A DNA stretch of 64,000 nucleotides from contig NEEC01000013.1 of NCBI GenBank assembly GCA_002189035.1, forward strand, positions 2,232,001-2,296,000, in the 5' to 3' direction. This document shows positions 10,416 to 24,100 of this stretch, one piece after another. The stretch comes from Utricularia gibba (lineage: Eukaryota > Plantae > Magnoliophyta). How positions within the stretch are numbered: position 1 is the stretch's first letter; each line of letters starts with the position of its first letter. The position numbers and the translations under genes are program-made. The notes beneath the pieces are model-generated. The model was not told where the DNA came from. It saw nothing but the letters and a program-made list of their open reading frames with translations, and made no database searches.

Positions 10416-12159
10416 ATGTGGCGGGAGGGCGGTTTTCATGTGGATCCGTGGGCGGCGTCGTCGTCGCTGCCGATGCCGTACCATGGGGTGGTGCACACCG
10501 GCATTCATGTTTTGGTGGTGGATCATGAGAAGGAAGGGCTCCGGCACACCTGCCATATGCTTGAGCTTTGCCGGTACCAAGGTTTCGTTTCTGTACCCAT
10601 GGGCTGTGTGCGATTTGTCTGTCATGGGTTCGTCGGACTCCGGTGGGTGTCGTAGTGTTTAAGGGGGTTTGTTTGTTTGTAATACATGGAACGTTTTGAA
10701 TGGGTTTTACTTGAGCTGAGTTGTTAAGAAACTGTGATCAGTGACTCCGGTGGAGTATCCTTCGTCGGCGTTGGCGATGCTGTTGAACGGAGATCCCAAG
10801 TTCGATGTGGTGATCGCGAATGTTCAATCCCCGGATCTTCATAGCTCCACGCTTCTGCAGCACGCGGTCACTGTCGGCATCCCGATCGCACGTAAGTTAA
10901 GTTTTACCGGACGGTAGATGGGATTAGAATGGAATGGAATGGAATGGAATGGAGACTGACGCTCGGTGTCTGATGCAGTGATGACGCTGGACGACAATCC
11001 GGTGATCGCGATGAAGGCTCTGGAGAGAGGCGCGTTTCTGTGTATGAGAAAACCGGCGACGATCGAGATGCTGAGCGTGCTCTGGCAGCACGTCGTGAGG
11101 GAGAAAGCCAGAATTATGAGAGAGCGAGATGTTTTAATGGCAGCAAAGCATGCCGCCGCGGCGGACCTCCGATTCGGGGAACTCCCTAGTTCCGATGATG
11201 GCAGTAAGGGAAAGGGTAAAAAAACGGTCAAGGCTGCAGGAGGAGGAACAAGGATTACTGATTACGAAGATGCCCGGGATCTCCGATATCCTCATCATCA
11301 CTGTAACAGTAATGTCAAGAAGAAGATGTGTACCGATTGGACGGAGGAACTTCACGCCAAGTTCGTCGCCGCCATCGAAGAGCTCGGAGAAGGAAGTACG
11401 GTCGCCGGAAAATATTCCACAAACACATTCTTTTTGACATATATTTATTTTATTTACTTTTTTTCACAGGGTGTTTTCCCAAGGAGATCCTGGAGAAGAT
11501 GAACGTACCAGGCCTCACAAGAATGCAAGTCGCTAGCCACCTCCAGGTTCATCGGGAAATCAATTAAACCTTTTTTAGAAGAATATTAATCTTCTTTTTT
11601 TCGTTTTTCAAATAGAAATGCCGCAATGACAACTGGAGGTCGCCGGAGGAGCGCAGGAGCCAACAAGCGAACTCATCTTCCGCTTGGCAGTCTTCAAGCG
11701 GCAGGCACCAACCCCGGCCACGGCGGTTCGGGTCGAAGCCAGTGCTCTCCAAAACCATCTCCGATGGCCAATCATTATCCACCCCTTCCAACGACGCCCA
11801 TCCCTCGATCGCCGACTCCGGCGTCGGATCCCTGACCCGCCCCGAGGATTTCTTCAATCTCTCCGACATGGATTCTCTGGTCCACAACCTGTCCAGCCCG
11901 GAACGCAAGAACTCAACTCCATCACGACCGTTGCCATCCGCTTTCTCGAGTTATCATCAACTGGTAGGTAATGATGCATGCATATGTTTCTTTCTTGATT
12001 GAAACAGTGCGTTTGGCTCCGGTCTGTGTGCGCCGCCGCTGATCCTCCAGTTGTGCAGAACCCAGAGGGACAGCGTGTGGAGATGAAGAGCAGTTGGAGC
12101 CCGAGCCTGAGCCCGAGCCCGAGCCTGAGCCCCACCCCCAGCCCGAGCCCCCGCCATGA
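10416..12159 (+). CDS. B-type-like (pseudo) response regulator, copy 2 (tandem paralog); last exon uncertain
   Basis: Exons 10416-10581, 10742-10891, 10979-11395, 11470-11546, 11616-about 11967 and a final exon from 12008 or 12059. Motifs HVLVVDHE, DVVIANVQSPD, RKP..LWQHVVRE, WTEELHAKFV and GLTRMQVASHLQKCR. Confidence 0.85.
10927..10951 (+). repeat. (GAATG)5 microsatellite in intron 2 of RR copy 2
   Basis: Direct reading. Confidence 0.9.
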
Positions 12160-12671
12160 CCGGTAGAAGAAGTCCGGTGCATGAATAGGAAGGAGCTCGG
12201 AAGTGTGACCCATGGCCATGTTGCATTCAAGTTCCCTAATTATCATGGGGTTGAAAAATCATACTATAATTGATTGGTTAATTCAATTTTATTATAGAAT
12301 TACTATATTACCCACTGAATTTTAATATCATTACTATATTACCCCTCAAATTTTAATATATAATGAGAGTTTGGGGGCACGGGTTTCTCCAGATTCCGGC
12401 GCATCTCGTTTTTCTTGAGAGTCCGCTGTTGCCGCCGGTGGCTGTAGGTACACCGCGATCGGGCTTCTCCTCGCGTTTCCCCTGTTGTTGACTGATTGAT
12501 TAGGCGATTGAACTTCATCGTACTCTTGAATTGATTCGCCTCATCGTGTAGTCGGTGGAAGGGTTAGGGGAAAGGCGTGTTTCCCCGGTAAAGAATTTTA
12601 GGATTTTGTGGTCAAGGTTTCCAAGAAATTCTAACAGGTAGAGCAGAAGGTGTGAAGAAGCAAGGCAGAAG

Positions 12672-13433
12672 ATGGGTGATACGGGAGAGGAGGATATGCC
12701 AAGAGACGCAAAGGTTATCAAGGAATTGCTGAAGTCCATGAATGTCGAGGATTACGAACCTCGAGTGATTCACCAGTTTTTAGAACTTTGGTATCGATAT
12801 GTAGTTGACGTGTTATCTGATGCTCAAGTCTACTCGGAGCATGCTGGCAAGTCTGTGATAGACTCTGATGATCTAAAATTGGCGGTTCAGTCTAAAGTAA
12901 ACTTCAGCTTCTCCCAGCCTCCGCATCGAGAGGTAATCTCCCTTAAGTTTGACTGTAGCTTTTGTCTATGATTCTGTGATGCACAAATCATCGGTGGTTG
13001 ATACAATGATGTCTTTGGGGGATCGAGCATGTAATATTTTGCATTCAGTGTGAAAAATTGAATGACATTACATCCGGAATTTCAATAGGATTTGATGAGG
13101 CATAAGATTTCTGTTTGATGCAAGTTTCTGTATTTTTCCACTGGACAGGTGCTGCTGGAGTTGGCCAGAACGAAGAACAAGGTTCCCCTTCCGAAATCGA
13201 TTGCTGGGCCAGGACTACCTCTCCCCCCTGAGCAGGACATGTTGATCAGTCCAAATTACCAACTTGCTATACCGAAGACACATATCAGTCAGCCAATTGA
13301 GGAAACAGAAGATGATGATGATGCTGCGGATATTGCAGGTGGCACGAACCCGTCTGTCTTGGGGCGAGCAGATTTGAGCCAAGGTACTTCTCAACGAGTT
13401 GCTTTCTCACTAGGCGCAAAAAAATCAAGTTGA
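12672..13433 (+). CDS. TAF9: TFIID subunit 9 (2 exons, 181 aa)
   Basis: Exons 12672-12932 and 13149-13433. Histone-fold sequence [35 protein letters not shown]...[14 protein letters not shown]. Confidence 0.96.
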
Positions 13434-14229
13434 ATATCCTGTATGAACACTTTCTCTGCCACTTTGAAGACGCATCCATGTTCTGTAGGAGCAGGATTTC
13501 TCGTTTATGATATTTGATCATGTCCATGCTTATTCGTTTATTCCACCTCAAATCCAGCATGCCTCAAAAGTAGGATTCGATTGGAGATATCCCAAGACAT
13601 GCAAAAGTTGAGAAATGCTACAGACCGATGAGTGTTGATTCCTCATTGCTTTCAACCTAAGATATTCCTATTGCATCAGTCTCATTCTGCCTCGGACTAC
13701 AGACTCAACCATCAAGATCAACCAAGCTTATTAAACTTGGAATGCAACTCCCAGTTCTCTTCAGCTCAATCTTCCCTCAGTGATCTTGTGACTCCCTATC
13801 CTCTTCTTCAAGATGCCTTGAATTAGGTGTGTAGCAGGATCCACCCCATCCTCGCTGCAGAACCTCAGATGCCCTGCCATGGCTTACTTCTCTTTAGCAT
13901 CTGCGTGTGCAAAGCCCACATATACATTTTCCACCATACCTGCCAACAACCAACCAGTCTTCAGAATTGAAGACAACTCCCCTTCTTCACAGAACAATGT
14001 CTACATTATGTGATTTTTTAAAGTCTGAAACTTTGGGTTGCGTTGGTTCATGGACCTTCAGGGGTTAAGCTATTCAGGATGAAGATAAGGTGTTTATCAG
14101 CTAAAAAAATGTATTGGAAATATGAATATTTTTTTTCAGATTAAAATTTTTGAAAAAAAAAATACAATTCTTAAAACGATTAATCATTTATTTTGGTTAA
14201 ATAATATTTTATTAATATCATTTTGCCGT

Positions 14230-14330
14230 TGGGCTATAGTCCATGTATTACTTTGTTGATCCGGGCCGGTTGTGGAATGAAGTGGGCCGATGAAAGAATC
14301 ATTGAGGATAGCCCAATAATATGGCCCGAT
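14230..14330. promoter_or_regulatory. TGGGC(Y) / site II (PRCE-like) cluster upstream of the proteasome ATPase gene
   Basis: TGGGCT at 14230, TGGGCC at 14283 and AGCCCA at 14310, within 175 nt of the RPT1a ATG. Confidence 0.5.
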
Positions 14331-14402
14331 GATTGTTCAGTAGCAGCCAGCAGGTGCCGGAGGAAAGCGGAGACTGAATTTGTTGGGGCTTTCGATTCAA
14401 GG

Positions 14403-17160
14403 ATGGCGCCGGAACCGGAAGATGAGATCAAGGACGAGAAGAACCCTCGGCCGCTTGATGAAGACGATATTGCTCTACTCAAAACTTATGTAACAACACT
14501 TCTTTCGCATTCTCCCTTGAAGCCCTGTTTTCAGGCCTTTATTGTGGATGGGGAATTGGTTGTTCTGCTTATTCGTGGGAATTCTGCTTATATTCTTGCA
14601 TTTTTTTTAGGAATTAGTGTATGGAGTTTGATCCTTTATTATGTGATGGACATGCTTTTGTTGCTCATACCTGCGTTCTAGCGAATGTATTAGGCTTTGG
14701 GAAAAGCTAAGCTGATGATTGGTTGGCCTCACATTTTTTTTCTTTCTGTTTGTACAAGTGTTAAACGTTTTTTCTGTTAGATCCTTGGGTGGGTTATGAT
14801 CAAATGGGATTTGAACGGTTTCAGATTCATGATTTTGAAGCTGTTTTTTCTAATGATTGGTACAGGGCTTGGGTCCTTACTCTGGAAGTATAAAGAAAGT
14901 CGAGAAGGAAATTAAGGAGATGGCGAAAAAGATAAACGACTTATGTGGTTAGTATACTGGCTGGAGGTCTTGCCGCGTTATTTATTTGGTGGTCAGTTGA
15001 AATCATTCTCTATCTTCGAAAGCTGCTGTGATTTTTGGAATATTCATCTGCTTTTTAGGAGATTCATCCATACGACCTATAAAGACATAGATGCCATTTA
15101 TATCTTCTGCGCATATGCTCTTTTTTTTTAATTATTTCTTTTTCTTTTGCCTTGCAACTATGATAATTGTGTAACAACTATAATAGGTATCAAGGAGTCC
15201 GACACTGGTTTAGCTGCGCCCAGTCAGTGGGATATTGTATCCGACAAGCAAATGATGCAAGAAGAGCAACCACTCCAGGTAATTTTTCTCCTCGAGGTTT
15301 TCTTTTTCTATGGCTTGAGTATCCTAATAGTTTTATTGTTTTGATTTAACATTTGTAGGTTGCTCGGTGCACGAAGATAATAAATCCTAATACCGACGAT
15401 GCAAAATATGTTATAAATGTAAAGCAAATTGCCAAGGTACATTCAATTCCTTTATTGGAGATTTTCATAGGTTTTCTCTGCCTCCCAACCATTTTGCATG
15501 CATGAAACCAGCATTTTCTTTTTTCTAAACATCAGCTAGCTAGGTTTATTTTTTATGATATATTCTTTACCTTTGAGCGTTCATTATCACAGTTTGTCGT
15601 TGGATTAGGAGATAAAGTTTCTCCCACTGATATTGAAGAAGGCATGAGAGTTGGGTAAGTTACAGCCAGCCCCTTTCTTTTTTCAGTCTTAATCCATGTG
15701 ATCTTATGTGTGCACTCCGATATGAAGTTTGGCATCACCTTTATTCTTGCAGTGTTGATCGAAATAAGTATCAAATTCAGATTCCCTTGCCCCCAAAAAT
15801 TGATCCCAGCGTAACCATGATGACAGTAGAGGAAAAACCTGATGTGACCTATAATGATGTGGGCGGTTGTAAGGAACAGATTGAAAAGATGCGAGAGGTA
15901 GCTGTATCCTAAGGCTTTCCGGATGAGTTCCACCTTTGCTGTCTTTAAGGGCACCGGTGATAAACTTTTTTCTGTATACTAGGTGGTTGAGCTGCCGATG
16001 CTTCATCCTGAAAAGTTTGTTAAGCTGGGCATTGATCCTCCAAAGGGCGTCCTTTGCTATGGTCCTCCAGGTACTGGTAAGACTCTGTTGGCCAGAGCTG
16101 TGGCAAACCGAACAGATGCATGCTTTATTCGTGTCATTGGAAGTGAGCTTGTTCAAAAATATGTCGGTGAAGGAGCTAGGATGGTTCGCGAATTATTTCA
16201 GGTTCAATCGCTATCCTGCATTTTCTCAGTCTTCAAAACGTTGGTTTATTTTAGATAGTAGTGTAATAATGTATTCCTTGATGGTAGATGGCACGTTCCA
16301 AAAAAGCTTGCATTGTATTCTTTGATGAGGTGGATGCTATTGGAGGTGCACGGTTTGATGATGGTCTTGGTGGAGATAATGAAGTCCAGCGCACCATGCT
16401 CGAAATCGTAAATCAGCTTGATGGATTTGATGCACGCGGAAACATTAAGGTTCTAATGGCAACAAACAGGTTGGTTATTTCATTTTTTTTTTAACTATTG
16501 GCTCTCATATCGCTTTTTCTTCTAGTTGAGATGTTTATTTTGTTCACGACTAATCCTATTTGGGGTTTTAAACGCTCATTTTTGTGAAATTTTTGAACAA
16601 GTTGAGATTTCTCACCTGATTTTTGTTATTTAGACCTGATACGCTTGATCCTGCACTGCTGCGCCCTGGACGGCTTGATCGTAAAGTTGAATTTGGACTT
16701 CCTGATCTGGAAAGTAGGACACAAATTTTTAAGATCCACACGCGAACAATGAATTGCGAGCGGGATATTCGTTTTGAGCTTCTTGCTCGACTCTGCCCCA
16801 ATTCAACTGGTAAAACTTCCCAAGTTCATGATCCTGCTGTTGGTTCTTTTTCATTAGTACATCATTTTGTGTGTTTCAGATCCCGACACTCCTATGTTTA
16901 TGCATTCATGATGCTTATCCTCATCTGTGTTTGCAGCTCACTAAATGATATAAATTACTGTTCACTAGATGGTTTATGCTGAGTAATTTTTTCCTCTCAT
17001 AGGAGCTGACATACGAAGCGTGTGCACGGAGGCAGGAATGTTTGCCATTCGAGCAAGGAGGAAGACGGTAACTGAGAAAGATTTCCTGGATGCTGTGAAT
17101 AAAGTAATCAAGGGATACCAGAAGTTCAGTGCAACGCCAAAGTACATGGTATACAATTGA
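14403..17160 (+). CDS. RPT1A: 26S proteasome regulatory ATPase subunit 7 (RPT1a), 10 exons
   Basis: [29 protein letters not shown] start, Walker A GPPGTGKT, Walker [25 protein letters not shown] and the end [11 protein letters not shown]. Confidence 0.98.
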
Positions 17161-17409
17161 TTGCTGTTTCCTGCTACAACATCCCTGGGCTAGCCATTTT
17201 TTGGTGCCTTGCTTATGAGTTCTCTGTCGCACGTTCTGCTGTTTCATACAGTGGGAACTTCATCATGTAATCTTCATTGTCGTTCGACAGTTGGGAATAC
17301 TTGAAATTTAATCCTGATGAGTGAATGAAGATTGAAAAGCAGGATTCTGGGACTCCATACGGCATCCCGAGACTTCCATTTCTCTATAAAACGGAATGTT
17401 TTGCTCAGC

Positions 17410-20256
17410 TCAGATCCAGTCTTTGAACACCAGAAAGACATAAAGTGGTAAATTAATAGCAGCAACGATCAGAATCGCTCGCAGGAATTGCAATAATCTC
17501 CAATAGATCATTTTAGCTCTTGATGATCTGCTTGGTCTCACTGGTCCAACATGTATGGCATGCTCAGGTGTATGAGAGTCTGCACTTGGCCCTGTCCCTT
17601 TTCTAGCATTGACTCGCATCACCACACTCCCTCTGTGGATGAAAAAAAAGGTTCAGCTAAATGAAAGGGAGTTTAAAACCTGTGTTTGATATTTAACCTG
17701 TCAACTGAATTGTTCCCAACTGCAGGTGCTGAGACTTTTCTGCTTTTCTTGATAAGGTGCATCGACCCTTCTGCATCCCAGATCTCTTCATACTCACAGT
17801 CTTCATCTTCATTTTTCTCTTTCACTGTACTGCTAAGGCTTTCAAACATACTGCTGGCATATCTCATTGCAGCTCCGATTCTCCGTGAAATGAGAACCTC
17901 ATTTGCCGGCCAACAAAGTGCAACAACCAGAGTTATCACGAACAGAGATAGGTACCTGAATCCATCCAGAGTTTGATGTTAGAAAAAATTTCGAGGCAAT
18001 GGTAAAGCATGAGAAGAACGTAGGGATGGTGAAACACCAGATGTATATGTGTGTTTGCATAGGAAGAAAGCACAGTTGAGTGAGAATGGCAGCATCTTGC
18101 GAGGTAGTGCCATTAACAGTGGATGACAAAGTCGAATCACGAACAGACAGGAGCATGAAGGAAGGATACAGATTCCCTTGCTGCCAGCTAACAGTTCCTA
18201 AAGTATGCTGCATAATTCAAAGAAAGAATAGGTTTCATGATGGAATGGAGTATTAAAAAGTTACGAGATACCTCTTTGACGGGTCCATGCTTAGAGATAT
18301 GGGTAACTGTGCATTGGTCATGATCATGGCCGGAGAGAACCATCACCTGAATGGGGGGGACATATTTCCAACTTTAAGCTGTTCCTGGCAACATGTATTG
18401 TTAAACAAACACAATCTATACCGGTCTTGTCAGCTCAAGTAAGGTTTTTGATGATTCCTCAGTGATATAATTTTGATACAGCATTTCCTGATCATGCGCC
18501 CGATGAATTCTCTGTTTTCAATATACACACCACCATCAGATAATGGATTTTCGAATCATTTAAATGCTCAGGATAAGACTGTAAAAGAAATTGCCTGATT
18601 GATGACTGGTGAAAAACGATATGGACCACACGTAGTCCAATCCGGTCGATATAAAGGGATGTGAGTTAATAAGACCCTTGGATTAGAATTTGGACCTGGA
18701 AAGATGCAACAGAATGTAAAAGAGATTATGCTTCCTGGAGAAACTAAAAACATTAAAGTAATTGAGTTTGATACTTGGTACCTTCAGAGGCATTTTTCAC
18801 GAAGGTCCATGATTCTGATGTTATTTCCTTTTCTGGATTACCTGCAGATATAGGTTTAGAATGAGGCAACGCCATTCACTCTTGGAAGTCTCTTGAAAAA
18901 ATAGTTAGTCCTGTCTGCCTATGAAGGATTCGCCTATTTCATAGACATTATGAGGAAATACCGTCCAATGTTTGTGCGTCAATGGCAATGAATTCATATT
19001 CTCCAATAGAAACTTTGAAGTTCCTGGCACCAAATTCCCTCTCATAACGTTTGATAATCTGAAAAAAAAATAAATAATTGTGAATGTCGTAAAGAAAAGA
19101 GCATGTCCATATTTCACAATGCAATAACAATGACTAACAAGATACCTGTAGTACCACGCATATCATCTAAAACGAACAACGACATGAGTTGATCATCTCC
19201 AATGTATGGAGATTTTTCATCATGTGTGTGTGCAATCAACCAAAATGTTTTCACACCGCAAATGAACATTCAGAGTTATTGCTAGCTAGTAAAATAATAA
19301 TAATAATAATAACAACATCTAGGTGTAACAAAGTGCAAGTAATATCCTGCAATAGATTTTCCAAAAAAGAGAGCACACCAGAAAAATAATGTTCAGAAAA
19401 CAAAGGCATACCTCAGGATTTTTGGAGTTGAAGGCCGCATATCCAGTATCATGATTCCCAGAAATGAAGTATAATTTTCTATTAGGCGTTTTACGAAGCA
19501 CATCAAGGTTGAAAATATGCCGAATGCGACCCAAAGACTCCTGCCACCTGTTGGGAAAGTGAAAAAATCAACTGACTATAGGTACATGATACGAAAACTA
19601 AAAGAAAAAGGGTTCAAATTTAGGAATCTCATGGGGTCGCTATTGCTTACAAAAATGAAAATGATGCTTACTCTTCATCTGAAAGAACGTAGCCGCCATC
19701 AAAGTAATCACCCATGAATAAAATCACATCTGGACTTAAAGGTAATACGGATGAAAGAAATACCCTGCGCATGTACAAGTCTGTATAGAACTGAGCAATC
19801 TCCAGTGCTAGAGACTCTGGCGCAAGGGAAAGTGAAGTTCTGTCCATAAGCTGTAATCAAACTCTTGCAAGCTTAATCCTTGAGCATCAAAATAATAACA
19901 TTTGTATTCAACAAGGAACCACATCCTAGTGAAGGTAACCTGAGGATCCGCCACAACAGCTATTTTTACATAGTCGCTCGAGAAACCTTCTCCATTTGGC
20001 TGAGGTTTTGAGAAACAAAACTGTAAGCATGCAAACACTTGTTTTGGGGGAATTCTACACTAGATACGGGACCCCAAAAAAAAGAAAAAACTATCAAATT
20101 TCATTCGAATTGTCGAAAAAACCATCTTCTTACCGATGAAGTGGATTGATGGGGCCATGAACAAGTCCACATTGAGGGTACCAAGTAAGAAAACCACTCT
20201 CCATAAAGCAAAGTAAGAGCCCAAACAACGGTAAGCAGCCCCGTCAACGACGACAT
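17410..20256 (-). CDS. Calcineurin-like metallophosphoesterase, MPPE1/Cdc1/PGAP5-like, multi-exon
   Basis: MSSLTGLLTVVWALTLLYGEWF start, VAVVADPQ-LMDRTS, LFMGDYFDGG, ISGNHDTGY, HTLGTVSWQQGNLYPSF and C-terminal TM segments ending FKDWI*. Confidence 0.88.
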
Positions 20257-20770
20257 CTTCACGCCTCAATTCTCACTCCACCTACATCCCAGTTTCGCAA
20301 AAAAACGCAATAGAACTCATCCAAAACTGATTAAAACAGGCCGTTGACCTGCCAAGAAGAAAATACCGTCACCTCGAAACCCTAATCCATATATAACCTC
20401 ATCGGAGCTCCACCGCCACAGTGGACGAGCCCAACTATCATTCAAAAATATTAAAATTATTTTGAATTTAATCATACAAAACACCACAAAATCGAGGATG
20501 TTTTCATTGCAAATTCGTAATTAATTAGTTAAGCAGAGTTATTTAACGCTGATAATCCACACTCCACAGGGGTATTACGGGGAATTCACATAATCAGTAT
20601 CAATTCAAAGTCCCTTCCCGACATCTTACAGTTAATACAGTTACAAAAATTCATGGAACATGCGACAGTTAACACAAACTACAGAGGAACAAGATGATGA
20701 AAATGTTCGCTTCGCCAAGCGGGTGAACGCAAGAATAAACTTTTTATTATTTGTTGGAGCAACAGAGAGA

Positions 20771-20797
20771 GCAGCAGCAGCAGCAGCAGCAGCAGCA
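20771..20797 (+). repeat. (GCA)9 microsatellite in or near the AAA-ATPase 3'UTR
   Basis: Direct reading. Confidence 0.9.
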
Positions 20798-21114
20798 AAT
20801 AGGAACCAAGAATAACAACACAAGGGCCTTTAAGGCCATCATCTCTAACTCTTCCGCAGACCCTCCTGCACCCACCCTCTAAACACCTTCCAAGGTAGCA
20901 GCAAGCAAAGCTTATTACATCGTACAGAAACCACGAACCCCTTTGTGCGTTCAGGCAGGCGTCGGTACGTAGGCTACTCTTCTAGCCCCTTTTTGTAATC
21001 TCAACAGGAATACGGATTAACGTACACAAGGTATACCTCATTTTACATTGCTTCCTGCAGCCTTGGCCGGTCTCAGACAAGATAGCGCCGCCACTTGTAC
21101 AGGGTAGGTTGTTG

Positions 21115-24100
21115 TCACATGAAGTAGCTGAGGGATTTCTTCCTCCGGGAACCCCCCTCGCCGTACATTTCATTCCACTGGAGAAGCTCCGTCATGTTAA
21201 CGGACTCCGATGATACGCTGGCACATACCTGAGAAGCATTGAGGAGGAAGGTGTTCCCACGTGGGATGATTTACATGAACGGAGAAAAAGGAAAAGTGCA
21301 TATGGTTTTTTTTGCTCACTCTCTCGTGTGCGAACTTGAAGTCCTCTGTGTTGAGCGGCCGAATATCATCACTTCCGCTGAGAGGTGGTGCGGGCCTACC
21401 TTCAGTGAGTGCAGCTTCGTGATCCTGGCATCCAGTAGAAAAGTTGATGGTACCCAAGGTGCATGAAAACATATTGCTTCATGCGTGATGATGGCAAGAG
21501 GAATTGAGATCAGCACAAAAAATCAGCATAAGAATGGAAATCAATGCACACAGATGCATCACAGCAGTTGAAATCAAGAAACAGGGCTATCCATGCATTG
21601 TTAAGTTCAATACATTACAGAGGTGAGTAGAATACCTTTTTCTCTTTTTCCAGTATCTCTCTAATGGGGCGATGTGCAGCCGTCACGCACAAATTCTGAA
21701 GACAAATGTTAAAGATTGTTCAGGTACTCACAAGCTATTTAATCAAAAGTGCTGAAATACGACCTTGAGATCACTGCCGGAGTAGCCCTCTGTCATGTTT
21801 GCTACAAAATCCAGGTCCACTTCAGGAGAAAGGTCTTCCTTCGCCAGTATGACACTGAGGATCTTGGCTCGATTAGCAGCATCTGGCAAGTTGACCATTA
21901 ATCTAGACAACACAACCATTAGTGTTACAAACAAATGAAATGTTGGATGATCTTGTAAATAGGATGAGACTTTGGATAATTCCATGTCATGATTTCATCG
22001 TTCTCAGTATGCACTCAATAAATCAGCATAATGAACACAGCACATTGGGAATTGCTTACCTGCGTGGTAGGCGTCTAATTACCGCTTCATCAAGGTCAAA
22101 AGGCCTATTTGTTGCAGCAAGCACCAAAATGCGTTCTGAATCCTTTGTCCGTAGTCCATCCCAGTTGACCATGAATTCATTTTTCATTTTACGCATGGCC
22201 TCATGTTCCCCAGGATTCTCTCTCCTCCCAAGCATGCTATCAACCTTTACGATCCATTTTTGTAAAAGATAAAATAGTTCACATATCTGTGTTTTGTTGG
22301 AGCAAAAACAGAAGAAACAAGACTAGTAAATCATACTTCATCAACAAAAATAACGCTTGGGGCGATTTTACTGGCAAGTGAGAAGACAGCCTTGACATAT
22401 TTTTCACCTTCACCAAACCACTAGGCAAATGCGATTTTGAAGTTAGACGAGGTTTATGAGAACTTTAGAAAACAGTGAAAAAGAAACCACAATAAGAAAA
22501 AAAAAATTAAACCCAGAAACCTTTGAACTAATGCTGGACATTGAAATGTTAATAAAGTTTGCACCAGCCTCAGTTGCAACAGCCTTTGCAAGCATCGTCT
22601 TTCCTGTTCCTGGTGGGCCAAATAGTAGTATACCCTTGCATGGCTGGCAGACAGAAAGGTAATTTTGTGGAGACAGTAGATAAAACTTTCCCGAGAAGAA
22701 TGAAACAGCAAGGTAAGATATTGCTTGAAAATAGAAGAACCGAAACCATAAACAATAACAAGAAAATCTCAAAAGATACATAAAAAAAAGGGCATGCTCT
22801 CTTGAAATAAAAAACACTTCAGAAAACAACGATTATAGGGTCTAGGGCAAACCTTGGTCAACTGCCCCTTGCAGAAAAGTTCAGGTCTCTGTAATGGGAG
22901 CATAACCAACTCTTTCAGTGTATCTTTGACAGTTTCTAGTGCTCCTATGTCATCAAATGTGACGCCAATATCACTAGGAGGAATCACATCAGCCAGAAGC
23001 TTCTTCTCAAATTCATTTTCAGTGACAACGTCCTATACAAATTTAGGAAAAAAGTCGGTCATAAATTTTCATTCAAAAAACGTAACAAGCTCTAGATAAA
23101 ACTAAGTTTTAAGTTCACCTTCAAGGACTTTTTTGAACTCTTAGAGTCATTTTGAGTTGCATTCAATATCCCAATGCCATACTGAAGGCTAATGCCAAGC
23201 ACAATACAGGTTAGCTCCAGTGCTAAACTACTGTGTGATACCTGGCAAAAATAAAAAAGAAAAGAAAAAGAGCAAATCCTATTACCTCTCTGTAGACATG
23301 ACAAGCATTCCACTTGCAAAGGCTTCAGGATTCGTTATTATGTGATGGCTCAAAGCCCATCCGACCACCTTCTCAGCACCTTCAACATATTTTTGGACTT
23401 TATCAAGATTTCACGAGATTTCCCCATCTTTAGAGGTAGAAAAAAATGAAAATGTATTTTTCTCACATGAGAGATCACAGACCCTAATGGATTGCGAAGA
23501 GGGTATTTTCCTGATAAAGAAATATATTTTCGCATACCAATTATCCATTATTTGTTTAATTTCATATCCCAAACACTACTGGAAAGAATCACCTAACGAT
23601 AATTCCAAACGACCAGAAATTTTCCTCAACAGGCGGCCTTTTTTTATGATATGCTAAAATGCATAGAGAGATGAAAAAAAAAAGCTTACTCTCATGTGTC
23701 AGGGTTTGGTCTTTAACACTCAGATTATCAAGTCCAGCACATTCCAGGCCACTGCGACTCAGAACCTGAAGGTCAAAAATATGAGCCAAATTTGAAAGTG
23801 TTGTAAACGACTGAACATTAGACAGTTTTGGTTAATTCTTTAGAAACATGTCATCAAGGATGGCACGAATATCTTCACTAGATGAATGAGAATATTAACA
23901 TAGGCATGTAGTTCGCAAGCCAAAAACTAAAAACCGATGAAAATCAGTTAGGAGAGCCTCACAGAAATTGAAGAAAGTAACAACCATAAAAGCTGATTTA
24001 AGTGCATATAAAAATTTTCTCACAGTGCGCAAATTATTCAGATTCGCCTTCATTTTTAAAGTTTCAGTATCCCGGTCTAATTGCTGCTTCCAACTTGTTA

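Noticed and set aside
13620-14010. Coding-like patch downstream of TAF9
   Set aside because: All frames are interrupted by stops and no family is recognisable. It may be 3'UTR or an old fragment, but I cannot support a call.
18155-18175. GTATCCTT (U12-type donor-like) on the minus strand
   Set aside because: It is coding sequence (GNLYPSFMLL) of the metallophosphoesterase. Other ATATCCTT matches are on the wrong strand or intergenic.
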